Source: Candidatus Latescibacterota bacterium
GTDB taxonomy: Bacteria > Latescibacterota > UBA2968 > UBA8231
Length of the DNA: 64,000 nucleotides
NCBI GenBank assembly: GCA_965203355.1
Contig: OZ241889.1
Location: 640,001-704,000, forward strand
Direction of reading: 5' to 3'
This document shows, one piece after another, positions 1 to 9,610 of the stretch. Both the position numbers and the translations under genes were made by a program. The notes beneath the pieces were generated by a model, which saw only the letters and a list, made by a program, of their open reading frames with translations, did no database searches and was not told the DNA's origin. Within the stretch, counting starts at the first letter, position 1. Every line of letters starts with the position of its first letter.

Positions 1-2785
1 CCCGCGCCAAGAGCAACTCGGCGATCGCTAGCTGATCGGCCATGACGGTTTTGTGCAGGGGCGTACTACCGCGGTCAAACCGACTAAACCCACTGGCATA
101 TCCGTTGGCATCTGCGCCGCGATCCAGCAAAAACTCCGCCGCTTCCAACGCGCCGCAATAGGCCGCAAAATTGAGCGCTTCCACCGCGATCTGCTCGGCG
201 GTGAGCACGGTATCCGGGTCGGGATGGTACAGATGGCTGACTCCCTCTTTTAGCTGGCCATCGGAGTCGAAGAACTCGGCCATCAGGTCGACGCGGTTGA
301 CCGCAGCGGCAAAGCGCAAATCTACGGCCGCCCCCTCGGCGACCAACATGCGCGCCAATGCTAGATTCCGCTCCCTAAGTGCGTTCCATAAGATCTGGCC
401 TCGATTGCGGTTCACATCCACGCCGTTGGTCACTAGGAGCCGGATCATTTCTGGCTTGCTCTCGGTCCATTCAAGCGGATCGCTTTCTATGAACATCTCC
501 AGTACGCTGATCGAATCGTACGTGGCGGCGTTGGGGTCGGCACCGGCTGAGATCAGGGCCGCGGCTAGTTCAACCGCGTTTTCGGGCAGCGGCACTCGTT
601 GCGGCTCGCCAGCGAGGTGGTGCAAGAGCGTGGCCCCGCGAAAGTCCGGGTATTCGTAGTATTTGTCGAAATAGCCGCGCGCCATCGATAGCTCGGGGTA
701 CTCGGCGAGCAGTTGCTGGAGCCTCTCGCTGTCTCCAGCATCAAGGGCTTCTACGGCCTCGTAAAAGGCTTTGTGGTCGGCGTCGCTGCGGTCGCGGCCT
801 TGGGGCGGTAGTTCTTCGCCCTCGTGCGGAATGGCCAACGCCACCAGCTCGGGCGGACGCCCGGAGCGCCCCACCGGCACGACCACGTATTGGCGACCGC
901 CAGCCGTATAGCTCATCGGCGCACCATAGGCATTGCGGGGCAATTCGACGCGCCCCATCTCCTCGCCCGACGCCAAATCGTACGCGCGCAGATACGCATC
1001 GCGATCGACGAAGTAATCCTCGCCCGCGTCCGCCAAGCCGTGCGGATCCTCAGAAGTAGCTAAAAGCAGATTGGGCGTGGCCAAGACGAAGGTGCGGTTG
1101 CTCCAGCCCATATCCGGCAGGTCGAGGCCCTTGAGCGCCGGGTGATCGACCGGCCCCTTGCCCACGGCCGTCCGCCACAGATGCTCGCCGCTGTTGAGGT
1201 CAATGGCGGTGATGCTGCCATACGGCGGCTTGACCAGCGGCAAACCACGCGGGCCGAGGATCTGCCGACCAGCACTGGCAGAAAACGCCGAATAAGCCTC
1301 CAGGTCGCGCACTGGCCGTAGCTCCACGTTGGTGATGATCATGTGCGACGGCACGTAGAGCACGCCCGTGCGCGGATCCGCCGCACCCCCGGCCCAGTCG
1401 GCACCGCCGACTTGGCCGGGAACCGACAAAACGCCTTTTTCCGTCGGCGGCGTGTACAGCGGGCCGTAGTCGTACCGGGCGAGCATGGCCTGGGCTTCCT
1501 CGCGCAACGCCGGCGTGAAATCAATCAGATCGTCTTCCGTCAGACCTTGGCGTTCAAAGGGAGCCGGCCGGGTCGGAAAAGGCTGCGTCGGCGAAGTCTT
1601 TTCGCCTATCACTTGCGACTGCGGCACCGGCTTTTCCTCAATCGGCCAGATCGGCGCGCCGGTCACCCGGTCAAAGACAAAGCAAAACGCCTGCTTCGTA
1701 AGCTGCGCGACAATCTGGCGCGGCTGGCCATCGACGACCACGTCCAACAGCAGGGGAGCGGCCGCCGGGTCGTAGTCCCACAGGCCGTGATGGACCAATT
1801 GATAGTGCCACACCCGCTCGCCGGTCTCGGCTTGCAGGCAGACGACCGACTCGCTGAACAGGTTGTCGCCGGGCCGCTCGCCGCCGTAGTAGTCGTGGCT
1901 GGCCGTGCTCACCGGCAGGTAGAAATAGCCCAATTCCTCGTCGGCCGTCATCGTCGCCCAGACGTTGGCCGCGCCGTAGGTTTTCCACGCCTCGTTTTCC
2001 CACGTCTCGTTGCCGTCTTCGCCCGCCTGCGGGATCGTGTGGAACTCCCACACCTTTTCGCCGGTGCGCACGTCAAAAGCCTGCACGTCGCCAGGGGGGA
2101 CGTACTCGGGCGGCGGCCTGAAGCGCACATCCATGATCGCCGAGCCAACGGCGACCACGTTGCGACAGACTACGGGCGGAGCCGTAACCCCGTAGCCCCT
2201 GCGCTCCTCTTCACTCAGCGGGCGACGCAGCAGGCTCCCCAAATCAACGCGCCCATCTTCGCCAAAATTCGGATCGGGCCGGCCGGTCTTCGCGTCGATG
2301 GAATACAGATAGGCGGTTGATGTCGCCAAAAACACCCGCTCGACCTCGCCATCGGTCCAATAGCTCACCCCGCGCGAATTGCCCAAGAAAGTAGAACCGG
2401 TCCGCCAAGCCTCCGGGTCGAACGCCCAAAGTTCCTCGCCGCTTTGGCCGTCGACAGCCGAGAGGACGTTGTATGGCGAGCCATAGTAGAGCACACCATT
2501 GACGGCGAGTGGCGTACCCCGGTTGTTGTCGAAGCGGAGCCCGCCGCGCCGACCGCGACCCCGTTCTCGGCTTCGGTTAGCTCTCGCGGTCTCGTAGATC
2601 TGCACGTCCCGGGGCCGGTAGCGCCAAACCACGCGCAACTGATCGAAATTGTCGCGGTTGATCTGGTCGGCGGGGGTGTAGCGGGTGCCGCCCCGATCGG
2701 ATCCGTAGTACGGCCAATCGACATCGTCGGCAAACGCCGAGAGTGCTATCAACAGCGACAAGAGTATGCAAGCGCGTTTATTCAT
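1..2785 (-). CDS. PQQ-dependent (glucose/quinate-type) dehydrogenase fused to a C-terminal ankyrin-repeat region; 3' end runs off the window
   Basis: Not in the ORF track because it is open at the window edge. Manual translation from ATG 2785 gives signal peptide MNKRACILLSLLIALSAFA, then DWPYYGSDRGGTRYTPADQINRDNF, GAANVWATMTADEELG, WHYQLVHHGLWDYD and GAPMSYTAGGRQYVVV (mGDH-type PQQ propeller). In the same frame follow GATLLHHLA..ALISAGADPNA, LVTNGVDVN, AAEFLLDRGADAN and GSTPLHKTV (ankyrin motifs). Confidence 0.9.
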   Translation of the reverse strand, partial: MNKRACILLSLLIALSAFADDVDWPYYGSDRGGTRYTPADQINRDNFDQLRVVWRYRPRDVQIYETARANRSRERGRGRRGGLRFDNNRGTPLAVNGVLYYGSPYNVLSAVDGQSGEELWAFDPEAWRTGSTFLGNSRGVSYWTDGEVERVFLATSTAYLYSIDAKTGRPDPNFGEDGRVDLGSLLRRPLSEEERRGYGVTAPPVVCRNVVAVGSAIMDVRFRPPPEYVPPGDVQAFDVRTGEKVWEFHTIPQAGEDGNETWENEAWKTYGAANVWATMTADEELGYFYLPVSTASHDYYGGERPGDNLFSESVVCLQAETGERVWHYQLVHHGLWDYDPAAAPLLLDVVVDGQPRQIVAQLTKQAFCFVFDRVTGAPIWPIEEKPVPQSQVIGEKTSPTQPFPTRPAPFERQGLTEDDLIDFTPALREEAQAMLARYDYGPLYTPPTEKGVLSVPGQVGGADWAGGAADPRTGVLYVPSHMIITNVELRPVRDLEAYSAFSASAGRQILGPRGLPLVKPPYGSITAIDLNSGEHLWRTAVGKGPVDHPALKGLDLPDMGWSNRTFVLATPNLLLATSEDPHGLADAGEDYFVDRDAYLRAYDLASGEEMGRVELPRNAYGAPMSYTAGGRQYVVVPVGRSGRPPELVALAIPHEGEELPPQGRDRSDADHKAFYEAVEALDAGDSERLQQLLAEYPELSMARGYFDKYYEYPDFRGATLLHHLAGEPQRVPLPENAVELAAALISAGADPNAATYDSISVLEMFIESDPLEWTESKPEMIRLLVTNGVDVNRNRGQILWNALRERNLALARMLVAEGAAVDLRFAAAVNRVDLMAEFFDSDGQLKEGVSHLYHPDPDTVLTAEQIAVEALNFAAYCGALEAAEFLLDRGADANGYASGFSRFDRGSTPLHKTVMADQLAIAELLLAR

Positions 2786-2866
2786 TGAAGTTCTCCCAAT
2801 TCCGTGGTTGATGCCGTTTCAAGGACTTCGTGCATGGCGTCGTTGGCGTCGTAGCAGCCCACGCTA

Positions 2867-2905
2867 CGGCTAATTAGACACGCTATCGCCGCGATTCATT
2901 CCCGC
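2867..2905 (-). promoter_or_regulatory. 39-bp element, copy 1; ECF-sigma-type promoter (GGAAT-N18-GTCTAA on - strand)
   Basis: CGGCTAATTAGACACGCTATCGCCGCGATTCATTCCCGC is identical at 8107-8145. It lies ~80 bp upstream of the PQQ-ankyrin gene. Confidence 0.65.
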
Positions 2906-3147
2906 GCATAGCGTTTCCGTCGGGGCCCTATTCGCTCGACTCCGCGGGCGACAGCGACCTCATAATGCTCTTTGAGCAGCTCGTCTAGGGCCTTAGAAGC
3001 GTTTTTAAAATTGTTCTTATTGTTTTTTGAGTTAAAAAAAGAACCTAGTAGCAATGGAGTCTCGCCCGCGGAAAACGCCCGATCTAGGAACCGCTCGACG
3101 GCCCGTTGAAGTAATCCGAAAAACGATCGCACTTCCTGTTTCTTCAT
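2896..3147 (-). CDS. small hypothetical protein (83 aa), lower GC, possibly a remnant
   Basis: ORF track. Its ATG overlaps the TGA of a 40-codon ORF (3144-3266). No recognisable motif. Confidence 0.3.
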   Translation of the reverse strand: MKKQEVRSFFGLLQRAVERFLDRAFSAGETPLLLGSFFNSKNNKNNFKNASKALDELLKEHYEVAVARGVERIGPRRKRYARE

Positions 3148-3295
3148 TCATCCGAAAGCTCGTTGGATGTTTTGTTGTGGGATGCGAAAACTGCGGGGAA
3201 TTCCTCCAGTCTGACCCGCAAAAGGTAGCTCCCTTCCACGCGGCAATAGACTTCAAACTGACGCACTACCTTTCGTCGCAATATCCTCGGCAAAC

Positions 3296-4039
3296 TCACC
3301 GGTACTGATCCAAGTTCCCCTTGTACTCCAAACCCAGCACTTCTCGGCCCCGCGCCGTATTGCAGGTAGCGTCGGCTTCAGGCATGCCGACCACGTGCAA
3401 TACGTCAAACTCGACCTCGTCCCTTTCTAAGGCCAGTCGGCAGGCTTCGGCCAAATCGTGGCGACAGACCAAGCCGTTGCGGATGTTCTGCAGTGGTTCC
3501 CGGCTTTTGCCAATCCCCAAACGCGAATCCACGATGTAGTCGGGCCGCAAGACTACGATCGGCAACCCAAAGGCTTCGTGGAACTGGCGGCATATTTCCT
3601 CCTGTAGTCGCTTGCACACCGCGTACAAGCTGCCGTCGGGCCGCCGCACTTCCGAGGAAAAGAAAATTCCCTCGGGATGCACGGTCTGGCACGAGCCGAT
3701 GTGAACTACTTTGCGGACGCCCAGATCTTGCGCCGCTTGCAGGACGTTCCACAGGCCCTTGAGATTGATGAGGAAGGGTTTGTCGTCGTTGGGATCGCCG
3801 ACAAAGTAAACCGCGGTGTGAATGACGCCATCCGCGCCGCTGATGGCTTGCTCCACCGCGAGGTAATCGGCTATATCGCCGTGGACCACTTCGCCACCAC
3901 TCCAATCGCCGTCTATGTCGCGATACGCCTCCCAAGCTCGGGGACCGTAGTCAAAAGCGCGGATGGCGCGTTTGCCAGCCAAGTTTTGCAAGATGGCGCG
4001 GCCCAGCCAACCGGCGGCACCGAAAACTACTGTTTTCAC
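3296..4039 (-). CDS. NAD(P)-dependent epimerase/dehydratase (extended SDR)
   Basis: GAAGWLG Rossmann motif, HTA, YAVCK (YxxxK), LRP. Confidence 0.9.
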   Translation of the reverse strand: MKTVVFGAAGWLGRAILQNLAGKRAIRAFDYGPRAWEAYRDIDGDWSGGEVVHGDIADYLAVEQAISGADGVIHTAVYFVGDPNDDKPFLINLKGLWNVLQAAQDLGVRKVVHIGSCQTVHPEGIFFSSEVRRPDGSLYAVCKRLQEEICRQFHEAFGLPIVVLRPDYIVDSRLGIGKSREPLQNIRNGLVCRHDLAEACRLALERDEVEFDVLHVVGMPEADATCNTARGREVLGLEYKGNLDQYR

Positions 4040-4105
4040 GAGGGAATCCTTTCTCGAAACGCTCCAGCGCGTCGGCTTGGAATCGTCGCGTCATATCCGC
4101 AAACT

Positions 4106-5704
4106 TCACTCTACGACGAAGGTCGCACAGGTCTCTTGGCTCTCTTCGTATCCAATGCGGATCGCCCTGGCCCGCAAGGTGGTCGTCCCAGCTTCCATGC
4201 ACAGTGGCTCGGTGTAGAGGTTCCAATGCGGATCGTCGTCCACGGCGTACGCCATGGAAGCACCCTGAGTGGCGCAGTGGAGTTGTACCAGCAACGGCCC
4301 CCGGAATGTACCGCCTTCCAGCGTCGGCTCAGTCCCAAAGCTGTCGCCGCAGATGGGCACGCACACCGGCGGGGCTGTCTGCGGCTGTTGGCCATTGGGA
4401 TACCACTGCCGCATCATTTCGCTTTCCGTCATGCGGCCCATGTCGCCCACTTCTCGCAGCCATTCGTCCAAGGCTCTGCACAGGCGCTCCCGCTCTGGCT
4501 GGTACTGGGGATTGGCCGCCAAGTTGTTGATCTCGTGCGGATCGGCTTCGGTGTCGTACAGCTCTTCAACCGGCCTCGGATAGCGGAACATGGCCGATTG
4601 CGCCTCATCCAACTCGTCGGCCAAGTGCAAGCGCCACATTTCCTGCACAATGGGATGCCGATTGCGATAGGGGATCCACGCCAAGTAGGGGAGCTCTGGC
4701 CGATAATTGCGGATGTACTTAAAGCGGCGGTCGCGCACGGCCCGCACCATGTCGTACGCCTCGTCGTGCCGGTCGCGACTCGCATAGATGTACTCCCGCG
4801 GCGATTGGGCTTGGGGGCCCAAAAACGCGCAGCCCTGCATGTGGGCGAGCACGTCAAGCCCCGCGAGCGAGAGCATCGTAGGGCCTAGATCAACGGTGCT
4901 TACCAAGTCCTCACAGACCTGCCCGGCTTCCATACCGGGGCCGCGGACGATCAGGGGCACGTGAATGCCCGCGTCGTACGGCCAGCGTTTGCCGCGCGGC
5001 AGCGGGCCGTGATCGCTCCAGTGAAAGACGTACGTATTCTCGGACAAGCCGTCTTCGTCGAGCTGTTGTAGCAACTGGGCCAACTCTTGGTCGCTGTGCT
5101 CAATGTGCGTGTACATCCGCGCCATGGCTTGGCGCACTACGGGGGTATCGGGGAAATAGGGCGGCAGCGGAATGGCATCCGGGTCGAACGCTGGATTGGG
5201 ACATTTCTCGGGCCACATGCCGCTTTCGTGAGTGCGAGTGGGGTTGAAGACCGCAAAAAACGGCTGGTCTGGATCGGGACGGTCGCGCCAGTGAGCGTGC
5301 GGACCGAGCGCGTCCCAAGCTGTCAGCGGGGGGGTAAACTGATAATCGGTCTTGGCGTTGTTGGAGCAATAATACCCAGCCGCCCGCAGGTACTCCGTGA
5401 AGCACTTTACGTAGTGCGGCACAACGGCCGAATACGGCGTGGGCATTTCCGGTGTAGCGCGATTGGCGTGCGTCGTGCGCATGTGATGAGTGCCGATCGA
5501 GATCGCGTACATACCGGTGATGATCGCAGACCGGGCCGGGGCGCAGACGCCAGCGGTGGAGAAGCAGCGCGTCCAGCGGCAGCCCTCGGCAGCGAGCCGA
5601 TCCAACGTGGGCGTGCGCGCCACTGGATCGCCGTAGCATCCGTACCGAGGGTTAGTATCTTCAAATGAAATCCACAGAAAGTTGGGTTTGCGATCCCTAG
5701 CCAT
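4106..5704 (-). CDS. sulfatase with a C-terminal Fn3-associated/chitobiase-like beta domain
   Basis: KPNFLWISFED, CAPARS formylglycine motif, SDHG, ELYDTEADPHEINNLA; C-terminal CATQGASMAY..YTEPL..TLRARAIRIGYEES. Confidence 0.92.
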   Translation of the reverse strand: MARDRKPNFLWISFEDTNPRYGCYGDPVARTPTLDRLAAEGCRWTRCFSTAGVCAPARSAIITGMYAISIGTHHMRTTHANRATPEMPTPYSAVVPHYVKCFTEYLRAAGYYCSNNAKTDYQFTPPLTAWDALGPHAHWRDRPDPDQPFFAVFNPTRTHESGMWPEKCPNPAFDPDAIPLPPYFPDTPVVRQAMARMYTHIEHSDQELAQLLQQLDEDGLSENTYVFHWSDHGPLPRGKRWPYDAGIHVPLIVRGPGMEAGQVCEDLVSTVDLGPTMLSLAGLDVLAHMQGCAFLGPQAQSPREYIYASRDRHDEAYDMVRAVRDRRFKYIRNYRPELPYLAWIPYRNRHPIVQEMWRLHLADELDEAQSAMFRYPRPVEELYDTEADPHEINNLAANPQYQPERERLCRALDEWLREVGDMGRMTESEMMRQWYPNGQQPQTAPPVCVPICGDSFGTEPTLEGGTFRGPLLVQLHCATQGASMAYAVDDDPHWNLYTEPLCMEAGTTTLRARAIRIGYEESQETCATFVVE

Positions 5705-5914
5705 GCGTTCCTTGCCTTACTTTTGCCAACAAAGCGATGATTCAAATCTCCTGCGTCGCGCTGAAAGTTGCAGCGAGATGCGGCGCACTGTCAAGCGCGG
5801 GATTCACTTACATCTCGCCCGCTTGCTCACTAGCGCGGGGTTGTTTTCGGCCTACTCGTTGCGCATAATATGCGCTACCAATTCTCACAAACAGACGACG
5901 CTAGAAAAATCGCC

Positions 5915-7024
5915 ATGAATGCCTATCGTCGCATAGAAGCACTGCTCAAAGAGGCCGACGTGCATATCGGTGGAGACCGGCCCTGGGACATAGCTGTCCA
6001 CGACGACCGCTTTTTCGCGCACGTATTGGGTCGCGGATCGCTGGGTGTCGGCGAGTCGTACGTGGAAGGGTGGTGGGACTGTCCGCAGCTAGACGAACTT
6101 TGCGCGCGGCTCTTGCGCACCCGACTGGACCTAAAGTCGCGCGGCCGGCATCTGCTTTTGCCCTATCTGAAGGCACGGCTACTCAACCTGCAAACGCCTG
6201 CCCGCTCCTTCCAGGTCGGCCAGCACCACTACGATATCGGCAACGACCTGTACCGGGCGATGCTCGACCAGCGCATGATCTATAGCTGCGGGTATTGGCG
6301 CAATGCCGCCAACTTAGATGAGGCCCAAGAGGCCAAGCTCGATTTGTGCTGCCGCAAGCTGGGGCTGGAGCCGGGGATGACCCTGCTCGACATCGGCTGC
6401 GGCTGGGGCGGCACCCTGCGGTTTGCAGTCCAGCGCTACGGCGTCAAAGGGGTGGGCGTCACGATCTCCAAAGAGCAGGCAAAACTGGCCGAGGAGATGT
6501 GTCGCGGGCTGTCGGTAGAGATTCGCTTGCAGGACTACCGCGCCTTAGACGAGCACTTTGACCGCATCTTGTCGATCGGCATGTTCGAGCACGTGGGCGT
6601 CAAGAACTATCCAACCTTTATGCAAACGGTCAAGCACTGCCTCGCACCAGATGGGCGCTTTTTACTGCACACCATAGGCCGCAGCACCTCGGCGACCAAT
6701 AGCGATCCGTGGATTGAACGCTATATTTTCCCCAACTCTATGCTGCCTTCGGCTAAGCAGATAACCACGGCCGCTGAGGGGCACTTCGTCTTGGAGGACT
6801 GGCACGCCTTTGGCCAGCATTACGACCGGACGCTGATGGCTTGGTATGCCAACTTCAACGCGGCTTGGAGCGAGCTCAAAGCCCACTACGGCGAGCCCTT
6901 CTACCGGATGTGGACGTTCTACTTGCTGTCTTCGGCCGGCTCCTTCCGCGCCCGGGCGAATCAACTCTGGCAAGTCCTCTTCTCCGCTAGGGGAATTGAA
7001 GGGTCCTACGAAGTGCCGCGGTGA
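5915..7024 (+). CDS. cfa: cyclopropane-fatty-acyl-phospholipid synthase
   Basis: HYDIGNDLY, MIYSCGYW, LDIGCGWGG, SIGMFEHVG, WIERYIFP, FYRMWTFYL; start taken at ATG 5915. Confidence 0.93.
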   Translation: MNAYRRIEALLKEADVHIGGDRPWDIAVHDDRFFAHVLGRGSLGVGESYVEGWWDCPQLDELCARLLRTRLDLKSRGRHLLLPYLKARLLNLQTPARSFQVGQHHYDIGNDLYRAMLDQRMIYSCGYWRNAANLDEAQEAKLDLCCRKLGLEPGMTLLDIGCGWGGTLRFAVQRYGVKGVGVTISKEQAKLAEEMCRGLSVEIRLQDYRALDEHFDRILSIGMFEHVGVKNYPTFMQTVKHCLAPDGRFLLHTIGRSTSATNSDPWIERYIFPNSMLPSAKQITTAAEGHFVLEDWHAFGQHYDRTLMAWYANFNAAWSELKAHYGEPFYRMWTFYLLSSAGSFRARANQLWQVLFSARGIEGSYEVPR

Positions 7025-7062
7025 AAAATGCCGACACTGACAACGCATTCAGGAGGTCAATT

Positions 7063-7620
7063 TTGTCCGAGATAAAACACCTTTCCCTAGCAACGCTAAC
7101 CGCCGGGCTGGACGACATCCGTCAGTCGCCCCAAGCCGTCGGCGTATTGGAGCTGATCGTGCGACGGCCACAGACGGAGGCGCGTGAAGTCTTAGACGTG
7201 GGGGAACTCGATCCGGTCGAAGGGCTGGTAGGCGACAATTGGAAGCAGCGCGGCAGTTCGCAAACCGCCGATGGGTCGGCGCACCCAGACATGCAACTCA
7301 CGGTGACTAATGCCCGCTTGATGGCCCTAGTGGCCCAAGATAAGCGGCATTGGCCCCTAGCCGGAGATCAGCTATACATCGACTTCGACCTAAGCGTGGA
7401 TAACGCGCCGCCCGGGACTCGTCTGTCCCTAGGGGCGACCGTGATCCAAATCACCGAGCCGCCCCACACTGGCTGTAAAAAATATGCCGCGCGCTTTGGG
7501 TTAGACGCCCTGAAATTCATCAGTTCTCCAGTGGGCAAACAGCTTCAACTGCGCGGCGTCAACGCCAAGGTCATTCGCCCGGGCGCGATACAGGTTGGAG
7601 ACGTCGTGAAGAAGCTGTGA
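7063..7620 (+). CDS. MOSC-domain protein
   Basis: GLVGDNW, LAGDQLYIDFDLS, PHTGCKKYAARFG, LRGVNAKVIRPGAIQVGD; AGGAGG RBS before TTG 7063. Confidence 0.85.
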   Translation: MSEIKHLSLATLTAGLDDIRQSPQAVGVLELIVRRPQTEAREVLDVGELDPVEGLVGDNWKQRGSSQTADGSAHPDMQLTVTNARLMALVAQDKRHWPLAGDQLYIDFDLSVDNAPPGTRLSLGATVIQITEPPHTGCKKYAARFGLDALKFISSPVGKQLQLRGVNAKVIRPGAIQVGDVVKKL

Positions 7621-7621
7621 G

Positions 7622-8071
7622 CTAAAACCCACCGCCGCCCGGACCGCCACCGGACTGCGGCCCACCGCGCTGGCTCGCCCTCTGCTGCTGTAGGTGCCCT
7701 TTTAAGGCTTCGACCTGCTCGGCACTTAACACCGTGGCGAGCGCGGCCATGACTTGCTCGCGCATTTTGCTCTGCTGATCGCGCATTTTCTCGCGCATCG
7801 CCCGAAAGTCGGTCTCGCCGCCGCGGCCGCTGAACATTGCCGCCATCATCTGCCGTTGCTCCACGTATAGAGGCCCGAGCACCGCCCGCAGTGCCAGTAG
7901 CTGCTTGTCGTTCACTTCGAACTTCTCTTCAAAGGCCAGTAGAACAAAAACCTGCTCCGGGGTCGCGCCACCGCCCATGCCACCACGCCTGTCTCCTCGC
8001 TGGGCTTCGAGTGCCACGGTGCTCGCCAAACAAATGGCGACGATCCATACGGCCTTCTTGCGAATGCACAT
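7622..8071 (-). CDS. exported helical protein, Spy/CpxP (LTxxQ)-like
   Basis: Signal peptide (KKAVWIVAICLASTVALEA), Gly/Arg-rich ends, VNDKQ and LSAEQ LTxxQ-like motifs, Met-rich helices; AAGGAGA RBS before ATG 8071. Confidence 0.65.
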   Translation of the reverse strand: MCIRKKAVWIVAICLASTVALEAQRGDRRGGMGGGATPEQVFVLLAFEEKFEVNDKQLLALRAVLGPLYVEQRQMMAAMFSGRGGETDFRAMREKMRDQQSKMREQVMAALATVLSAEQVEALKGHLQQQRASQRGGPQSGGGPGGGGF

Positions 8072-8106
8072 CTCGATTCTCCTTGTAAGGTTTTTGCGGG
8101 ACACTG

Positions 8107-8145
8107 CGGCTAATTAGACACGCTATCGCCGCGATTCATTCCCGC
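8107..8145 (-). promoter_or_regulatory. 39-bp element, copy 2; ECF-sigma-type promoter
   Basis: Identical to 2867-2905; lies ~35 bp upstream of the Spy-like gene. Confidence 0.65.
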
Positions 8146-8166
8146 ACTTTGGCAACAAGACCAAGC

Positions 8167-9576
8167 TCAGTACGTCCACTGTCGCGGCAGCGGACGCTCG
8201 CGCTCTAGCAGCCGCTCTAGCAGCCGCTTGCGCACCGCCTGCAACCGGTCGGCGTATTCGCTTTCGCCCGCCACATCCTCGTAGGCCAGCGGGTCGCGCT
8301 CCAAGTCGAAGAGGGCCTCCGCTCCGCTGGCATCCACCACGTAGCGCAACCCCTCCATGCGCAGCGTTTTCCAGTGTCGATCAGGTTGGGTCATTTCCGT
8401 GATGGCGCAGCCGCGGCCGTCGGCTTCCTCGCCGCGCAAGTCTGCCAGCAGGGAACAGCCTTGCAATGCCGCTGGCCGCTGAATTGCGGCGGCGTCCAGC
8501 AGGGTAGGCACCACGTCTAATGCCTCGACGACGCGGGAGCAGTGCCCACCTGCTGACGAGCCACCGGGCCAGCGCATCAACAGGGGTACTCGCGTGACCG
8601 CGTCGTGCCCGGGGTAGCCCTTGCCATAGCGCAGATGTTCGCCGAGCCACTCGCCGTGGTCGGACGTGAAAACGACGATGGTGTTGTCCGCAATGCCCAG
8701 GGCGTCGAGCCGATCGAGAATGCGGCCGACGTGGTGATCGACTTCGGACACCATGGCGTAATAGCCGTGGTGCGCGGAGCGCAACTCGTCGTCGGAAAAG
8801 TGCTGCGGGCCTCGACGAGCATCGAGAGCGGGCGGGAAGGGCGGCAACGTCAGAGCGGTTGGATCGTAGAGATCGAGAAACTCCTCGGGGGCCACCCACG
8901 GATTGTGCGGCGAATAGAAACCAGCGATGCAGAGAAAAGGGCCGTCTCTATGGCGCGTCAAAAACTCCATGGTCTGCTCGGCGACAAACGCCGTGTGGGT
9001 CAGGTCGCTGCGGCAGCGGTTGGCCAAGGCGCGCTTGACAAAGCGCTCGGCTGGATGCGCGATCCCGTCGCGGACGTTCATAATCCGCTTCCACTCGATT
9101 GCACTGGGTGCTTCGCCGAGGCTGACGAAGTCGAGTTGTTCAGGAGCCTGCGCCGCCACCCAAGCCCGGTAGGCATCGTGGTAGGAACCCGGTTCGTCCG
9201 AAATCTCCAAGTGGTCGAAGCCGTAGTCGGGATGGGGCTCGCGGTGGTCGCGGTTGGCGTGCGGCAGAAAGTGCAGCTTGCCAATCTGGCCGCTGCAATA
9301 GCCGTAGTTGTGCAGCAAGCGTGGCAAAGTCGGCGCATCCTCGGGCACGGGCACACCCATGTGCGAAAGCCCTAGCGTGGATGGATACTGCCCGGTGAGA
9401 AAGCTCACGCGGCTGGGCATGCAAACCGGGTTCTGCACAAAGCAGTGGTCGAAATTTACTCCGGTAGCCGCGAGCCGGTCCAAGTGCGGTGTGCGGATTT
9501 CGGAGTTGCCGTTGACGCCGAGGGCGTCCCACCGTTGCTGATCGGTGTAGAGGATGAGGATGTTGGGTCGTTGCAT
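8167..9576 (-). CDS. sulfatase (arylsulfatase/choline-sulfatase-like)
   Basis: RPNILILYTDQQR, CMPSR, GKLH, FTSDHGE, LFDLERDP. Confidence 0.93.
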   Translation of the reverse strand: MQRPNILILYTDQQRWDALGVNGNSEIRTPHLDRLAATGVNFDHCFVQNPVCMPSRVSFLTGQYPSTLGLSHMGVPVPEDAPTLPRLLHNYGYCSGQIGKLHFLPHANRDHREPHPDYGFDHLEISDEPGSYHDAYRAWVAAQAPEQLDFVSLGEAPSAIEWKRIMNVRDGIAHPAERFVKRALANRCRSDLTHTAFVAEQTMEFLTRHRDGPFLCIAGFYSPHNPWVAPEEFLDLYDPTALTLPPFPPALDARRGPQHFSDDELRSAHHGYYAMVSEVDHHVGRILDRLDALGIADNTIVVFTSDHGEWLGEHLRYGKGYPGHDAVTRVPLLMRWPGGSSAGGHCSRVVEALDVVPTLLDAAAIQRPAALQGCSLLADLRGEEADGRGCAITEMTQPDRHWKTLRMEGLRYVVDASGAEALFDLERDPLAYEDVAGESEYADRLQAVRKRLLERLLERERPLPRQWTY

Positions 9577-9610
9577 CGTTGCTTTGAACCTTTGAAGACG
9601 TTTTGTCTCT

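Noticed and set aside
53-2788. Many ORF-track ORFs (e.g. 1343-2320 +, 171-659 +)
   Set aside because: They are shadow frames of the edge-truncated PQQ-ankyrin gene on the - strand. The same applies to most overlapping ORFs across this GC-rich window.
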